Source of the DNA: an uncultured Candidatus Binatia bacterium
GTDB taxonomy: Bacteria > Desulfobacterota > Binatia > UBA9968 > JAJDTQ01
DNA length: 27,085 nucleotides
NCBI GenBank assembly: GCA_965213675.1
Contig: CBDCAF010000011.1
Location: 1-27,085 of the forward strand
Reading direction: 5' to 3'
Position numbers and translations under genes: made by a program. Below are positions 18,007 through 27,085 of the stretch, piece by piece; positions within the stretch are counted from its first letter, which is position 1, and the number at the start of each line of letters is the position of its first letter. The notes beneath the pieces were generated by a model. It saw nothing but the letters and a program-made list of their open reading frames with translations, searched no databases and was not told the origin of the DNA.

Positions 18007-18866
18007 TTGATCTTGAGCATGCCGGCCGCGATGGCCGCCTTCCTGATGCCGTCCCAATCCGAGTCCTTGGCGGGAATGAACTTGCGCGTGCGCTGCAGGT
18101 CCATGATTTCCTTGTGTGCGGGCTTGGCGTAGTCGAGCTTCAGGAGCGCCTGCTTGAACTTCTCACGCGTCTCCTCGGAAACGCCTCCACGGGCAACCCA
18201 CACATAGTCCACGTAGGGCGGCGTGGTCCAGAAGACATGAACCTTGCCGGTGTCGATCTTCTTGTTGTCCACCAGCTTCTTCCAAACCAGGAAGTTGAGA
18301 GCGCCAGCGTCCACCCGGCCCGCCGCTACCCACGCCGCGGTGGCGTCGTGGGCCCCGCTGAAGCCGAACTTCTGGAAGTCCCGATCGGGCTCCACGCCAG
18401 CGGCCTTGAGAAAGTGACGCGGCATCAGGTGTCCGGAGGTGGAACTGACGCTGCCGAAGGCAAAGGTCTTGCCCTTGAGGTCGCCCAGGTTCCGGATGCC
18501 TGAATCCGTGCGCGTGACGAAAACGCTCTTGAAGCTCGCGTCCTCCTCGCGCATGGCCAGCCGCGTGGCGCCCTTGGCGCGCTCCACCGCCTGAACCGAT
18601 GTGAAGCCTCCGTACCAGACCATGTCGAGGCGGTTCGCGGCCAGCCCTTCCACGGTGGCCGCGTAATCCACCACAGGCACGAACTTGACCGGGCGCCCCA
18701 CTTCCTTTGCGATGTAGTCGGTGAAGGGCTTGTACTTGCGCAACAATTCCTGCGGGTCCTCGTCCGGGATCGCGGAAAGGCGCAACGTGTCCGCCGCCGC
18801 GACGCCCGCCACAAGGGACGAAGCGAACAGAATCAGAAACAGCCACCGGGCCGGTTGTCGTTTCAT
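18003..18866 (-). CDS. PhnD-family substrate-binding protein (putative selenate clade)
   Basis: Signal peptide, AIPDE, DYAATVE, VWYGGFTSVQA, FGSVSSTSGHLMP, FSGAHDAT, TPPYVDYVW; ATG 18866 with GGAGG RBS. Confidence 0.88.
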   Translation of the reverse strand: MKRQPARWLFLILFASSLVAGVAAADTLRLSAIPDEDPQELLRKYKPFTDYIAKEVGRPVKFVPVVDYAATVEGLAANRLDMVWYGGFTSVQAVERAKGATRLAMREEDASFKSVFVTRTDSGIRNLGDLKGKTFAFGSVSSTSGHLMPRHFLKAAGVEPDRDFQKFGFSGAHDATAAWVAAGRVDAGALNFLVWKKLVDNKKIDTGKVHVFWTTPPYVDYVWVARGGVSEETREKFKQALLKLDYAKPAHKEIMDLQRTRKFIPAKDSDWDGIRKAAIAAGMLKIN

Positions 18867-19044
18867 CGATGCCTCCGGATAATGGAATTCCACCAAATGG
18901 ATAACATCGGAAGCTATATGTCAAATGGACCTTGCCATCCGGCAGGTCCTGCCATGGATGCGCGCGCGGCGCCCGGCCCGGAAACCGGGAGAACGCGCGC
19001 GATGAACGGCTGTTTGAATCCGTTGCCATGAGCCGCCAACCCGG

Positions 19045-19209
19045 CTAGTGTGGTGTCTGGTTAATTCGCGTCATAATCTGCGGAGGATTTTTTGTTGTCG
19101 GCAAGGCGCGATGACGAGCAGTGGCGGGTACCACGCGAGGAAGAGCAACGCAGCCGACGGCGAAAAAGACCCGCAGATTATGTCGCGTATTATCCAGACA
19201 CCACACTAG
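19045..19209. repeat. 165-bp palindromic MITE/REPIN-like element
   Basis: Terminal inverted repeats of 39 bp with 3 mismatches (CTAGTGTGGTGTCTGG...CATAATCTGCGG), extended inward by G:U-compatible pairs; CTAG at both ends. Confidence 0.85.
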
Positions 19210-19308
19210 TGTGGAGTTTGGGAACTGCGTGGACCCGGTTGCGCAGGACTTTTCGTCGCGAGCCAGGCGCGCTGACGCGCATGCATGGGAACGCGGGTTG
19301 TCGCAAGC

Positions 19309-20391
19309 ATGAAGCACTCCGCCCTTCACGACTTTCACCACGCCAACGGCGCCGCCTTCATTGAGCGCGCCGGGTGGTCGCTGGCGGATCACTTCGGCGA
19401 CACCGCCGCGGAGTACGACGCCGTGCGCGCCCGCGCGGGCTGGCTCGACACGGCGGATCGCGCCGTCCTGGAGGTGAACGGACCCGACAGCGCGACGTGG
19501 CTCCAGGGGATGCTGTCCAACGACGTTCAGGGCCTGGACGCCGGCGCGGGCGTGCTCGCGGCGGTGTTGAATATCCAGGGCAGGATCCTGGCGGACGTTT
19601 GCGTACTGCGCACGGAGGACGCATTCCTGGTGTTGCTGGACGAACCCTTGGCGGCGGGGGTGGTCGAGCACTTGAACCGCTACCTGATTGCGGACGAAGT
19701 CGAAATCGCCGACCTGTCCGCGGAAATCTCCGTGGTGTCCCTTCAGGGGCCGGAGGCCGCCGCCGCCCTGGCGAGCGTTTCGGACCTCGACGCCCTGCCG
19801 GCGGAGCGGCTGTCCCACGCGGACGCGCAGTGCGCGGGCGAAAATCTTCGTGTCATTCGCGCTTCGCATGGCGAGTGCGGGTTCGATCTCGTCTTGCCCG
19901 GGAGGCATCTCCGGCGCCTGGCCGAGTTGCCCGCGTCCCGCGCGATTCCGTGGATCGGCATTCGCGCCCAGGAGACCCTGCGCGTCGAGGCCGGCGTTCC
20001 CCGTTACGGCATCGACATGGACGCGGAGACGCTGCTGCTGGAGACCTGTCTGGACGACTCCGTGAGCTTCACCAAGGGTTGCTATCTCGGGCAGGAGACC
20101 GTGGAGCGCATCCACTCCCGCGGCCACGTGAACCGCAGACTCACGGGCTTCAAGCTGGAAGGCGCCGAGGCCCCCGACGCCGGCGCCCCGGTCCTCGACG
20201 GCGACCGCGCCGTCGGCCGGATCACCAGCGCCGTCGTTTCCCCCCGCTTCGGCCGCCCCATTGCCCTGGGCTACGTACATCGGGACTACCTGGAGCCGGG
20301 AACCCCGGTGGTCATCGCGCACGGCGGACAGACCATCCAGGCCGCGGTGCAGGCCCTGCCCTTCCAAACCGCCGTCCCGCGCTCCGCGTGA
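19309..20391 (+). CDS. ygfZ: Folate-binding YgfZ/GcvT-like protein
   Basis: Signature KGCYLGQE; GcvT-like N-terminus (WLQGMLSND) and C-terminus (GRITSAVVSP...IALGYV). Confidence 0.9.
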   Translation: MKHSALHDFHHANGAAFIERAGWSLADHFGDTAAEYDAVRARAGWLDTADRAVLEVNGPDSATWLQGMLSNDVQGLDAGAGVLAAVLNIQGRILADVCVLRTEDAFLVLLDEPLAAGVVEHLNRYLIADEVEIADLSAEISVVSLQGPEAAAALASVSDLDALPAERLSHADAQCAGENLRVIRASHGECGFDLVLPGRHLRRLAELPASRAIPWIGIRAQETLRVEAGVPRYGIDMDAETLLLETCLDDSVSFTKGCYLGQETVERIHSRGHVNRRLTGFKLEGAEAPDAGAPVLDGDRAVGRITSAVVSPRFGRPIALGYVHRDYLEPGTPVVIAHGGQTIQAAVQALPFQTAVPRSA

Positions 20392-20507
20392 GGCGTGGGT
20401 CGGCGGAGAAGATGTCCACGTCCCCCAAGGCACACCGGCGGCGGGGCACTGTCCCGGCTGGCCCCGAACTGGAGTTCATCCGCCGCTTGGAGCCCCGCGT
20501 GCGGCAC

Positions 20508-20540
20508 AAGAAAAGGGCGACGCCCATGCGCCGCCCTTTC
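20508..20540 (-). terminator. Rho-independent terminator after the peroxiredoxin
   Basis: Minus strand GGGCGGCGC-ATGG-GCGTCGCCC followed by TTTTCTT, ~35 nt after the stop codon. Confidence 0.75.
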
Positions 20541-20572
20541 GTCGTGCCAAGTCTTGCCGCGAAGGCCGCCGG

Positions 20573-21031
20573 CTACAGCTTGTCGAGCTCGGCCAACAGG
20601 TCCTTGTTCTCGGGAATGCCGCTTTCGTAAAGCTTGGCGTAACGCACCGCTCCCGCTTTGTCGATGATGAAAACCGCCCGCTTGGGAAAACCCTGGGGGC
20701 GCAGGCAGTCGTACTGTTCGCACACCGCCCCATGGGGCCAGAAATCGGAGAGCATCGGGAAGCTGATGCCGCCCATCTTCTCCGCAAACGCCTTGTGGGC
20801 GAAAACCGAATCCACGCTTACGCTCAGCACCTGAGCGTCTTTGGCCTCGAAGCTGCCCTTGTCAGCCTCGAAGTTGCTCAACTCCTGCTGTCAACCGCCG
20901 GTAAAATCCAGCGGATAGAACGCCAGCACGACGTTCTTCTTGCCCGCGTAGTCGCTCAGGGACACCTTTTCGTCCCGGGACACCGGCAGGCTGAAGGCGG
21001 GCGCCTTCTCTCCCACGCTTGGCATTGCCAT
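20573..21031 (-). CDS. Selenocysteine-containing peroxiredoxin (AhpC/TSA, AhpE-like)
   Basis: AAGGAG RBS, then [15 protein letters not shown]...[21 protein letters not shown]...SVSVDS...SDFWPHG...[14 protein letters not shown] (20891-20893, codon 47) sits exactly at the peroxidatic Cys of PxxxTxxC; 152 aa with readthrough. Confidence 0.9.
20831..20881 (-). promoter_or_regulatory. Candidate bacterial SECIS hairpin
   Basis: Begins 10 nt after UGA: lower stem UUGAGC/GCUCAG, upper stem CUUCGAGGCUG/CAGCUUCGAGG, loop ACAAGGG starting ~29 nt from UGA. Paired by eye, not folded computationally. Confidence 0.6.
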
Positions 21032-21069
21032 CTAACGGTCTCCTTTCCGAGTATGTGTTGACACGCGGC

Positions 21070-21630
21070 TTAACACATTTGCCCCGGCCAATAAAGGCGG
21101 CCGAAATCCTTGAGGGCTGCGGCGGTGCTGTGGAAGGCGAGATCGTCCCAGGGAATGCGCGAGGCCGGGAAGACGCCGGCTTCGGTGCTCTCGTCCCCGG
21201 CGGTCAGGGCGCCGCCAACGACGTCCGCCACGTACACGATGATGACGTTGGGATTTCCGGGATAGGAGTAGACGCCCAGGAGCGAACGGGTCACCACCTC
21301 GAGGCAGCTTTCCTCCAGGGTTTCGCGCACCGCGGCGTCCGCGGTGCTTTCGCCGCGGTCGACATACCCCCCGGGGAACACCCACTTGCCTATGGCCGGC
21401 TCGATGCCGCGGCGCAACAGCACGACACCGCCGTCGAGCACGCACACGGTCCCCGCCACGACCTTGGGATCCTGATAGAAGATAAAGGAGCACTTGTCGC
21501 ACACCAGCCGCTGAGGCTCGTTCTCCTTGAGCGCGCGCGCCGACAAGGTTCCGGCGCAACGCGGGCAAAAGCGGTAGCCGCGGCCTCCGTGGTGATGATG
21601 GTGGGGGTCATGATGGTGATGCGTCGCCAT
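21070..21630 (-). CDS. NUDIX hydrolase with N-terminal His tract and Zn ribbon
   Basis: FCPRC...CDKC..IFYQDPK ribbon; Nudix box GGYVDRGESTADAAVRETLEE; start (MATHHHH) is my preferred choice. Confidence 0.85.
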   Translation of the reverse strand: MATHHHHDPHHHHHGGRGYRFCPRCAGTLSARALKENEPQRLVCDKCSFIFYQDPKVVAGTVCVLDGGVVLLRRGIEPAIGKWVFPGGYVDRGESTADAAVRETLEESCLEVVTRSLLGVYSYPGNPNVIIVYVADVVGGALTAGDESTEAGVFPASRIPWDDLAFHSTAAALKDFGRLYWPGQMC

Positions 21631-21786
21631 GATCTTCAATCCCGGGTGACGTTGGCTGGAAGGTCCCGCGAATTCCTGCGGCGCAAGCTCCTGGGGATCG
21701 ACGGAAACCGTCCCATACATTCCTCCACAAGCTCTTCCCTCGTCCTGAGCCCTTCCACAGGGCGTCGCGAAGTCGCAGGACGCGCC

Positions 21787-22554
<768 letters not shown>

Positions 22555-22558
22555 GCGC

Positions 22559-23251
22559 TCACTCCGGCTTGGGTTCGTCGTCGCCGCCGAACCCGGCGCG
22601 GCCAACGGGCGCCTCGGAGGGAACGAGGGCCGGCGCCAATGTGGCCGTGGCGGCTTCAGCGCTCAAGCCGGCCGCCGCCGTATCCCCCGCCGGGCGATCT
22701 TCGGGGGACTCGTCGCCGTTCAGCGCCTGGGTCATGTCCTCCATCTCCCGCAGCGTGGGAAGGCTCGCCAGATCCTTCAGATTGAAGGCTTCCAGGAACT
22801 CCCGGGTGGTGCCGTACAGAAACGGCTTGCCCGCCACGTCCTTGCGCGCCACGATGCGGATCATGTGGCGATCCAGCAGCGTGGCCACGACGCCGCCGGC
22901 GTTGACGCCGCGGATATCTTCGATCTCCGCGCGGGTCACCGGCTGCTTGTAGGCAATGATGGCCAGGGTCTCGAGGTTGGCCCGGCTCATGCGCGCCGGC
23001 CGGACCGCGGTGAGCCGGCGGACAAACTCGGCGTGCTCTTTGGCCGTACGCAACTGGTAGCCGTTGGCGACCTCCGTCAGGCGCAGGCCCCGGCCCGCGC
23101 ACTCGTACTCGTGGCGCAACGCCTCCAGCGCGCCGGCGATGTCCTTGCGCGAAACCTCGCCCACCGCATCCCGCAGCCGCTCCGCCGAAACCGGCCCGTC
23201 GGCGGCGAACAGCAGGCTCTCGAGAACCGCCCGAAGTTCCTCACCCTCCAT
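22559..23251 (-). CDS. scpB: SMC-Scp complex subunit ScpB
   Basis: LESLLFA, GYQLRT, ETLAIIAYKQPVTRAEIEDIRGV, LYGTTREFL. Confidence 0.95.
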   Translation of the reverse strand: MEGEELRAVLESLLFAADGPVSAERLRDAVGEVSRKDIAGALEALRHEYECAGRGLRLTEVANGYQLRTAKEHAEFVRRLTAVRPARMSRANLETLAIIAYKQPVTRAEIEDIRGVNAGGVVATLLDRHMIRIVARKDVAGKPFLYGTTREFLEAFNLKDLASLPTLREMEDMTQALNGDESPEDRPAGDTAAAGLSAEAATATLAPALVPSEAPVGRAGFGGDDEPKPE

Positions 23252-23268
23252 GCGCGTGTCCTGTCCGG

Positions 23269-24027
23269 TCAGTCCCCATAGACCACCTCCGTCTCCAGGG
23301 CGGCGCTGGCCTCGGCCAGCGACAGCATGGGCTCCATCACGATGGGACCCAGGCGCTCCTTCTGCACCGCGTGCACGGCGCGGATGCGGATGAGTTCCAG
23401 CAGCGCCAGAAAGGTGGCCACCACATCCAGGCGCGAGCGCGCCGCGTCGAACAACTCGCGGAATTCCACCGACGACCTGCGCTGCAGGGTATCGAGGATG
23501 TGGGTCATGCGTTCACGCACGGACGCGGTTTCCTGCACCACCCGGTGCACCGACGGTCCCGGAAACCGTTCCAGCACCTGTTGCAGCGCCGACACCAGAT
23601 CGAACACCGAAAGCTGCTCGAAGCTGACCTCGGTGACCGGTGCGGACCGTGCCTGGCGGACGAAGACGTCGCGGTTGAGAACGTCACGCTCTGCGAGCTC
23701 CCGTGCCGCGTCCTTGAAGCGCTCGTACTCCAGCAGGCGGCGGACCAGCGCCTCGCGACTGTCAAGGGGCTCGTCGTCGTCCTCACCCTCCTCCTCTTCC
23801 GGCGGCAGCAGGGTCCTGGACTTGATGTGGAGGAGCGTCGCCGCCATCACCAGGTACTCGCCGGAGAGATCCAGGTTGAGCCCCTGCATCAACTCCAGGG
23901 CGGCGAGGTACTGCTCGGTAATGGACGCGATGGGAATATCGACGATGCTGAGCTCGTTCTTGCGGATGAGATGGAGCAGCAGGTCCAACGGGCCCTCGTA
24001 AATCTTGAGTTGGACGTTTACCGCCAT
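23269..24027 (-). CDS. scpA: Segregation/condensation protein ScpA
   Basis: YEGPLDLLLHLI, EYLVMAATLLHIKSRTLLP, TFLALLEL; ATG 24027. Confidence 0.95.
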   Translation of the reverse strand: MAVNVQLKIYEGPLDLLLHLIRKNELSIVDIPIASITEQYLAALELMQGLNLDLSGEYLVMAATLLHIKSRTLLPPEEEEGEDDDEPLDSREALVRRLLEYERFKDAARELAERDVLNRDVFVRQARSAPVTEVSFEQLSVFDLVSALQQVLERFPGPSVHRVVQETASVRERMTHILDTLQRRSSVEFRELFDAARSRLDVVATFLALLELIRIRAVHAVQKERLGPIVMEPMLSLAEASAALETEVVYGD

Positions 24028-24093
24028 GGGACCCTCTCCCTGTCCGCCGCGCGCGTGCCGCGATGGGTCTGCAAGCCGCACCCGCGCGCACGA

Positions 24094-25071
24094 TCAGAGC
24101 GTCAATGCCGAGCGCACTTCGTTCATGGTCGCCGCGGCCTGCTCGCCGGCCACGCAGTTGCCTTCCTCGATCACGTCGCGGATGTCGTCCGGATGTTTCT
24201 CGTACTCGGCCTTCTTCTCCCGGAAAGGTGCGAGGTCGTCGACCACGTGCCGGATCATCACCTTCTTGCAGTCCAGACAGCCGATGCCGGCCGTGCGGCA
24301 ACCCTCGGAGACCTCCTGGATCTCGTCCGGCGTGCAGTAGATCTTGTGCAGATTGAAGGCCGGGCACTTCTCGGGCTCACCCGGGTCGGTGCGGCGGGCG
24401 CGCGCCGTGTCGGTCACCATGCGGCTGAGCTTGCGGTCGATGGTCTCCGGCGGGTCCGAAAGCAGCACCGAGTTGCCGTAGCTCTTGCTCATCTTGCGCC
24501 CGTCGAGGCCCGGCAACCGCTGGGTTTCGGTGAGCAGCACCTCGGGCTCGGGAAACACGGGACCGTAGAAGCTGTTGAAGCGGCGCACGATTTCCCGCGT
24601 CAACTCCACGTGGGGCGCCTGATCCACGCCCACGGGCACCCGGTGGGCCTTGTACATGATGATGTCCGCGGCCTGAAGCACGGGATAGCCGAGGAAGCCG
24701 TAGGTGGAGAGGTCGCGGTCGCTCAGCTCGCGCACCTGTTCCTTGTAGGTCGGGTTGCGCTCGAGCCACGACACCGGCGTCAGCATGGACAGGAGCAGGT
24801 GCAGTTCGGCGTGCTCCTTGATGTCCGACTGGCGGAAAATGGTGCACCGGGCAGGATCGAGGCCGACGCTCAACCACTCCGCAACCATCGCCCGAGTGCC
24901 TTCCCTGAGACCCTCCGGTGACTGGTAGTCGGTGGTCAGCGCGTGCCAGTCGGCCACGAAGAAGAAACAGCGAAAGCCGTCCTGCAGTCCGACCCAGTTG
25001 CGCAGGGCGCCGTGGAGATGACCCAGATGAAGCAATCCGGTGGGGCGCGCCCCGCTTACGATGGTTTGCAT
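24094..25071 (-). CDS. trpS: Tryptophanyl-tRNA synthetase
   Basis: SGARPTG, HLGH (HIGH), YPVLQAADI, VPVGVDQ, KMSKS. Confidence 0.97.
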   Translation of the reverse strand: MQTIVSGARPTGLLHLGHLHGALRNWVGLQDGFRCFFFVADWHALTTDYQSPEGLREGTRAMVAEWLSVGLDPARCTIFRQSDIKEHAELHLLLSMLTPVSWLERNPTYKEQVRELSDRDLSTYGFLGYPVLQAADIIMYKAHRVPVGVDQAPHVELTREIVRRFNSFYGPVFPEPEVLLTETQRLPGLDGRKMSKSYGNSVLLSDPPETIDRKLSRMVTDTARARRTDPGEPEKCPAFNLHKIYCTPDEIQEVSEGCRTAGIGCLDCKKVMIRHVVDDLAPFREKKAEYEKHPDDIRDVIEEGNCVAGEQAAATMNEVRSALTL

Positions 25072-25081
25072 GCGCTCCAGC

Positions 25082-25738
25082 TTACACCACTCCGACGATG
25101 ACGGCCAGAAACCAGACCACGAAGTCCATGATGGGCACCAGCGTGTAGGTCAGCGCGCCGGTCATCAACAGCGCCACCACGATAATGAATCCGTAGGGCT
25201 CGATGCGGGACACTTGAGAGGCCTGGGGTTCCGGCAGCAGACCCACCAGTACCCGGCCCCCGTCCAGCGGCGGCACGGGCATGACGTTGAACACCGCCAG
25301 CATGACGTTGATGCGCACGCTGGTGAGGCCCATGTACCAGAGATACGACGACACCGTGCCGTCGACGGTGCTGCCGCTCATGATGATGATCTTGACCAGT
25401 ATGAGGCTCAGCAGCGCCAGGATAATGTTCGCCCCCGGCCCGGCCAGGGCCACGCGAATCATGTCCCGGCGCGGGTCCCGGAGGTTGTCGAAGTTCACCG
25501 GCACGGGCTTGGCGTAGCCGAACACTGGCCCGCCCGCCCAGATGAGCAACGCGGGCAGCAGCACCGTGCCGACGATGTCGACATGCGACAGGGGGTTGAG
25601 CGTCAGCCGTCCCATGATGGCCGCCGTGGGGTCTCCCAGGCGGTAGGCCACCCAACCGTGGGCCACCTCGTGGAAGACGATGGCCACGAGGACGGGAAAT
25701 GCCCACACGGTGAGCTGCCACAGGAAGTCTTGGGACAT
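25082..25738 (-). CDS. Site-2 protease (M50 family)
   Basis: HEVAH, LGDPT, VALAGP, FNVMPVPPLDG; several hydrophobic segments. Confidence 0.93.
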   Translation of the reverse strand: MSQDFLWQLTVWAFPVLVAIVFHEVAHGWVAYRLGDPTAAIMGRLTLNPLSHVDIVGTVLLPALLIWAGGPVFGYAKPVPVNFDNLRDPRRDMIRVALAGPGANIILALLSLILVKIIIMSGSTVDGTVSSYLWYMGLTSVRINVMLAVFNVMPVPPLDGGRVLVGLLPEPQASQVSRIEPYGFIIVVALLMTGALTYTLVPIMDFVVWFLAVIVGVV

Positions 25739-25783
25739 CGGACTTTTTTAAGGGACGGACCGGGAAAACACAACGTACCCTGC

Positions 25784-26701
25784 TCAAGGGTCGGTGTCCG
25801 GGTTCTCGCGCGGGTGAAAACGCCGGTGCACCTGCTTGATGCGGCCACGGCTGACGTGGGTGTAGATCTGGGTGGTGGCGATATCCGAATGGCCCAGCAT
25901 GGATTGCACGGCGCGCAGGTCGGCGCCGCCCTCCAGGAGGTGCGTGGCGAAGGAGTGGCGCAGGGTATGGGGGGTCACCCGGTACTGGAGGCCCGCGCGC
26001 ACGGCATGGCCGCGCAGCAGCTTCCAGAACCCTTGGCGCGTGAGCGGCCTGGCCGAACGCGAGAGGAACACATGGTCGCTATAGCGGCCGCGCAGAAAAT
26101 GCGGGCGCACGTCGCGCAGGTAACGCTGGAGGCACTCGCGCGCATGGCGGCCGAAGGGGACCAGGCGCACCTTGGCGCCTTTCCCCTTGACGGTGACGTA
26201 GCCGCCATCGAGGTTGACTTGCGGCAAGGTCAGGGAAACCAGCTCCGAAACCCGCAGCCCGCTGCCGTAGAGCAGTTCGAGCATGGCGCGGTCCCGCGCC
26301 CCCAGCGGCTTCGCCTCGTCCGGCTGGTCCAGAAGCGCGCGCATGTCCTCCGTGCCCAAGGTCCCGGGCAGGCGCCCGGCGGCGCCGCGGGACGAGAAGT
26401 CGGGCACCGGATCGGCCTCGATCACCTCTTCCTTCAGCAGGAAACGGAAGAAGCGCCGCATGCTCCCCAGCAGCCGCGTCACGGACAGCTCGCTCAAACC
26501 GGAGCCGCGCATCTCGGCGATGTAGGCGCGCAGGTCCCACCGGGTCGCGCCGCCCCATGCGGCCACGCCACGCCGGGCGAGGAAGTCCACCAGGCGGTTG
26601 AGATCGCGGCTGTAGGCCTCCAGGGTGTTGGCCGACAGCCCGCGCTCCACCGCGGCCATCTCCAGGTACTGGTCCACGTGCGCCGTCAGCTCATCCATCA
26701 T
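25784..26701 (-). CDS. xerD: Site-specific tyrosine recombinase XerD
   Basis: ERGLSANTLEAY, RDRAMLELLYGSGLRVSEL, GKGAK, TPHTLRHSFATHLL, LGHSDIATTQIYTHV. Confidence 0.95.
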   Translation of the reverse strand: MMDELTAHVDQYLEMAAVERGLSANTLEAYSRDLNRLVDFLARRGVAAWGGATRWDLRAYIAEMRGSGLSELSVTRLLGSMRRFFRFLLKEEVIEADPVPDFSSRGAAGRLPGTLGTEDMRALLDQPDEAKPLGARDRAMLELLYGSGLRVSELVSLTLPQVNLDGGYVTVKGKGAKVRLVPFGRHARECLQRYLRDVRPHFLRGRYSDHVFLSRSARPLTRQGFWKLLRGHAVRAGLQYRVTPHTLRHSFATHLLEGGADLRAVQSMLGHSDIATTQIYTHVSRGRIKQVHRRFHPRENPDTDP

Positions 26702-27085
26702 CCCGCGGCTCCAACTCCCTGTGCAGGGCCTCGCCCAGGCCGCGCAGGCGTTCGCCGTCCCGGACCTTCCGGCCGCGCGCGTCCGTCACATAGAAGACGT
26801 CGGCGACCCGGTCGACATCGGTGGAGATCTTGGCCAGATGGATGGCGAAGTCCAGCTTCGCGAGCCAATGGGTAATGGTGAAGAGCACCCCCGCGCGGTC
26901 CCCGGTGTAGACCTCGATGATGGTGAAGTCGTCGGAAGCCTCGTTGTCCCATTGCACCTGCGTCGATGCCTTGACCACCGGCCGCAGCGACAGCCGTCGG
27001 CGCGACCGGGCCACGAGTTCGGCGACGTCCACTTCGCCTCGCAGCACCCGTCTCAAGATCGACTCCATGCGCGTCCACTTGTCCG
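26691..27085 (-). CDS. glnD: Uridylyltransferase GlnD, C-terminal ACT domain (partial, runs off the window)
   Basis: DNEASDDFTIIEVYTGDRAGVLF...IHLAKIST...VADVFYV; the frame stays open to the window edge. Confidence 0.9.
   Translation of the reverse strand, partial: DKWTRMESILRRVLRGEVDVAELVARSRRRLSLRPVVKASTQVQWDNEASDDFTIIEVYTGDRAGVLFTITHWLAKLDFAIHLAKISTDVDRVADVFYVTDARGRKVRDGERLRGLGEALHRELEPRDDG

Noticed and set aside
21636-21726. Possible 26-codon leader ORF (MGRFPSIPRSLRRRNSRDLPANVTRD) with GGAGG upstream of the NUDIX gene
   Set aside because: No regulatory codon run or attenuator structure seen; cannot be distinguished from chance without conservation data.
25784-26701. XerD as the island integrase
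   Set aside because: Canonical chromosomal XerD in a housekeeping glnD-xerD-trpS-scpAB context, over 11 kb outside the island.

Overview
High-GC bacterial window in two parts. LEFT (about 61-14107): a ~14 kb genomic island at the 3' end of tRNA-Ser(CGA) (14096-14185, - strand). A 12-bp copy of the tRNA 3' end lies at 61-72, next to a broken P4-type integrase fragment, and an IS3 remnant abuts the tRNA. The cargo is a tightly coupled seven-gene minus-strand operon: TerY-like vWA, PP2C phosphatase, Ser/Thr kinase with Zn ribbon, UPF1/DNA2-like SF1 helicase, wHTH+HEPN-like protein, coiled-coil McrB-like GTPase (NxD motif), and DUF2357/McrC-like protein. It looks like a TerY-P phospho-switch joined to a CoCoNuT-like type IV restriction module. 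Both predicted nuclease sites look degenerate and the McrC-like C-terminus is broken by frameshifts. RIGHT (14353-27085): core genome. It holds a Zn-dependent dehydrogenase, a PhnDCEE-like (putative selenate clade) ABC transporter, a 165-bp palindromic MITE-like element, ygfZ, a probable selenocysteine peroxiredoxin that the ORF track cuts short (in-frame TGA plus SECIS-like hairpin), a His-rich NUDIX, and rluB-scpB-scpA-trpS-M50 protease-xerD-glnD (partial), a gene order I associate with Deltaproteobacteria-like lineages. All family assignments come from motif reading by eye; no database searches were run.
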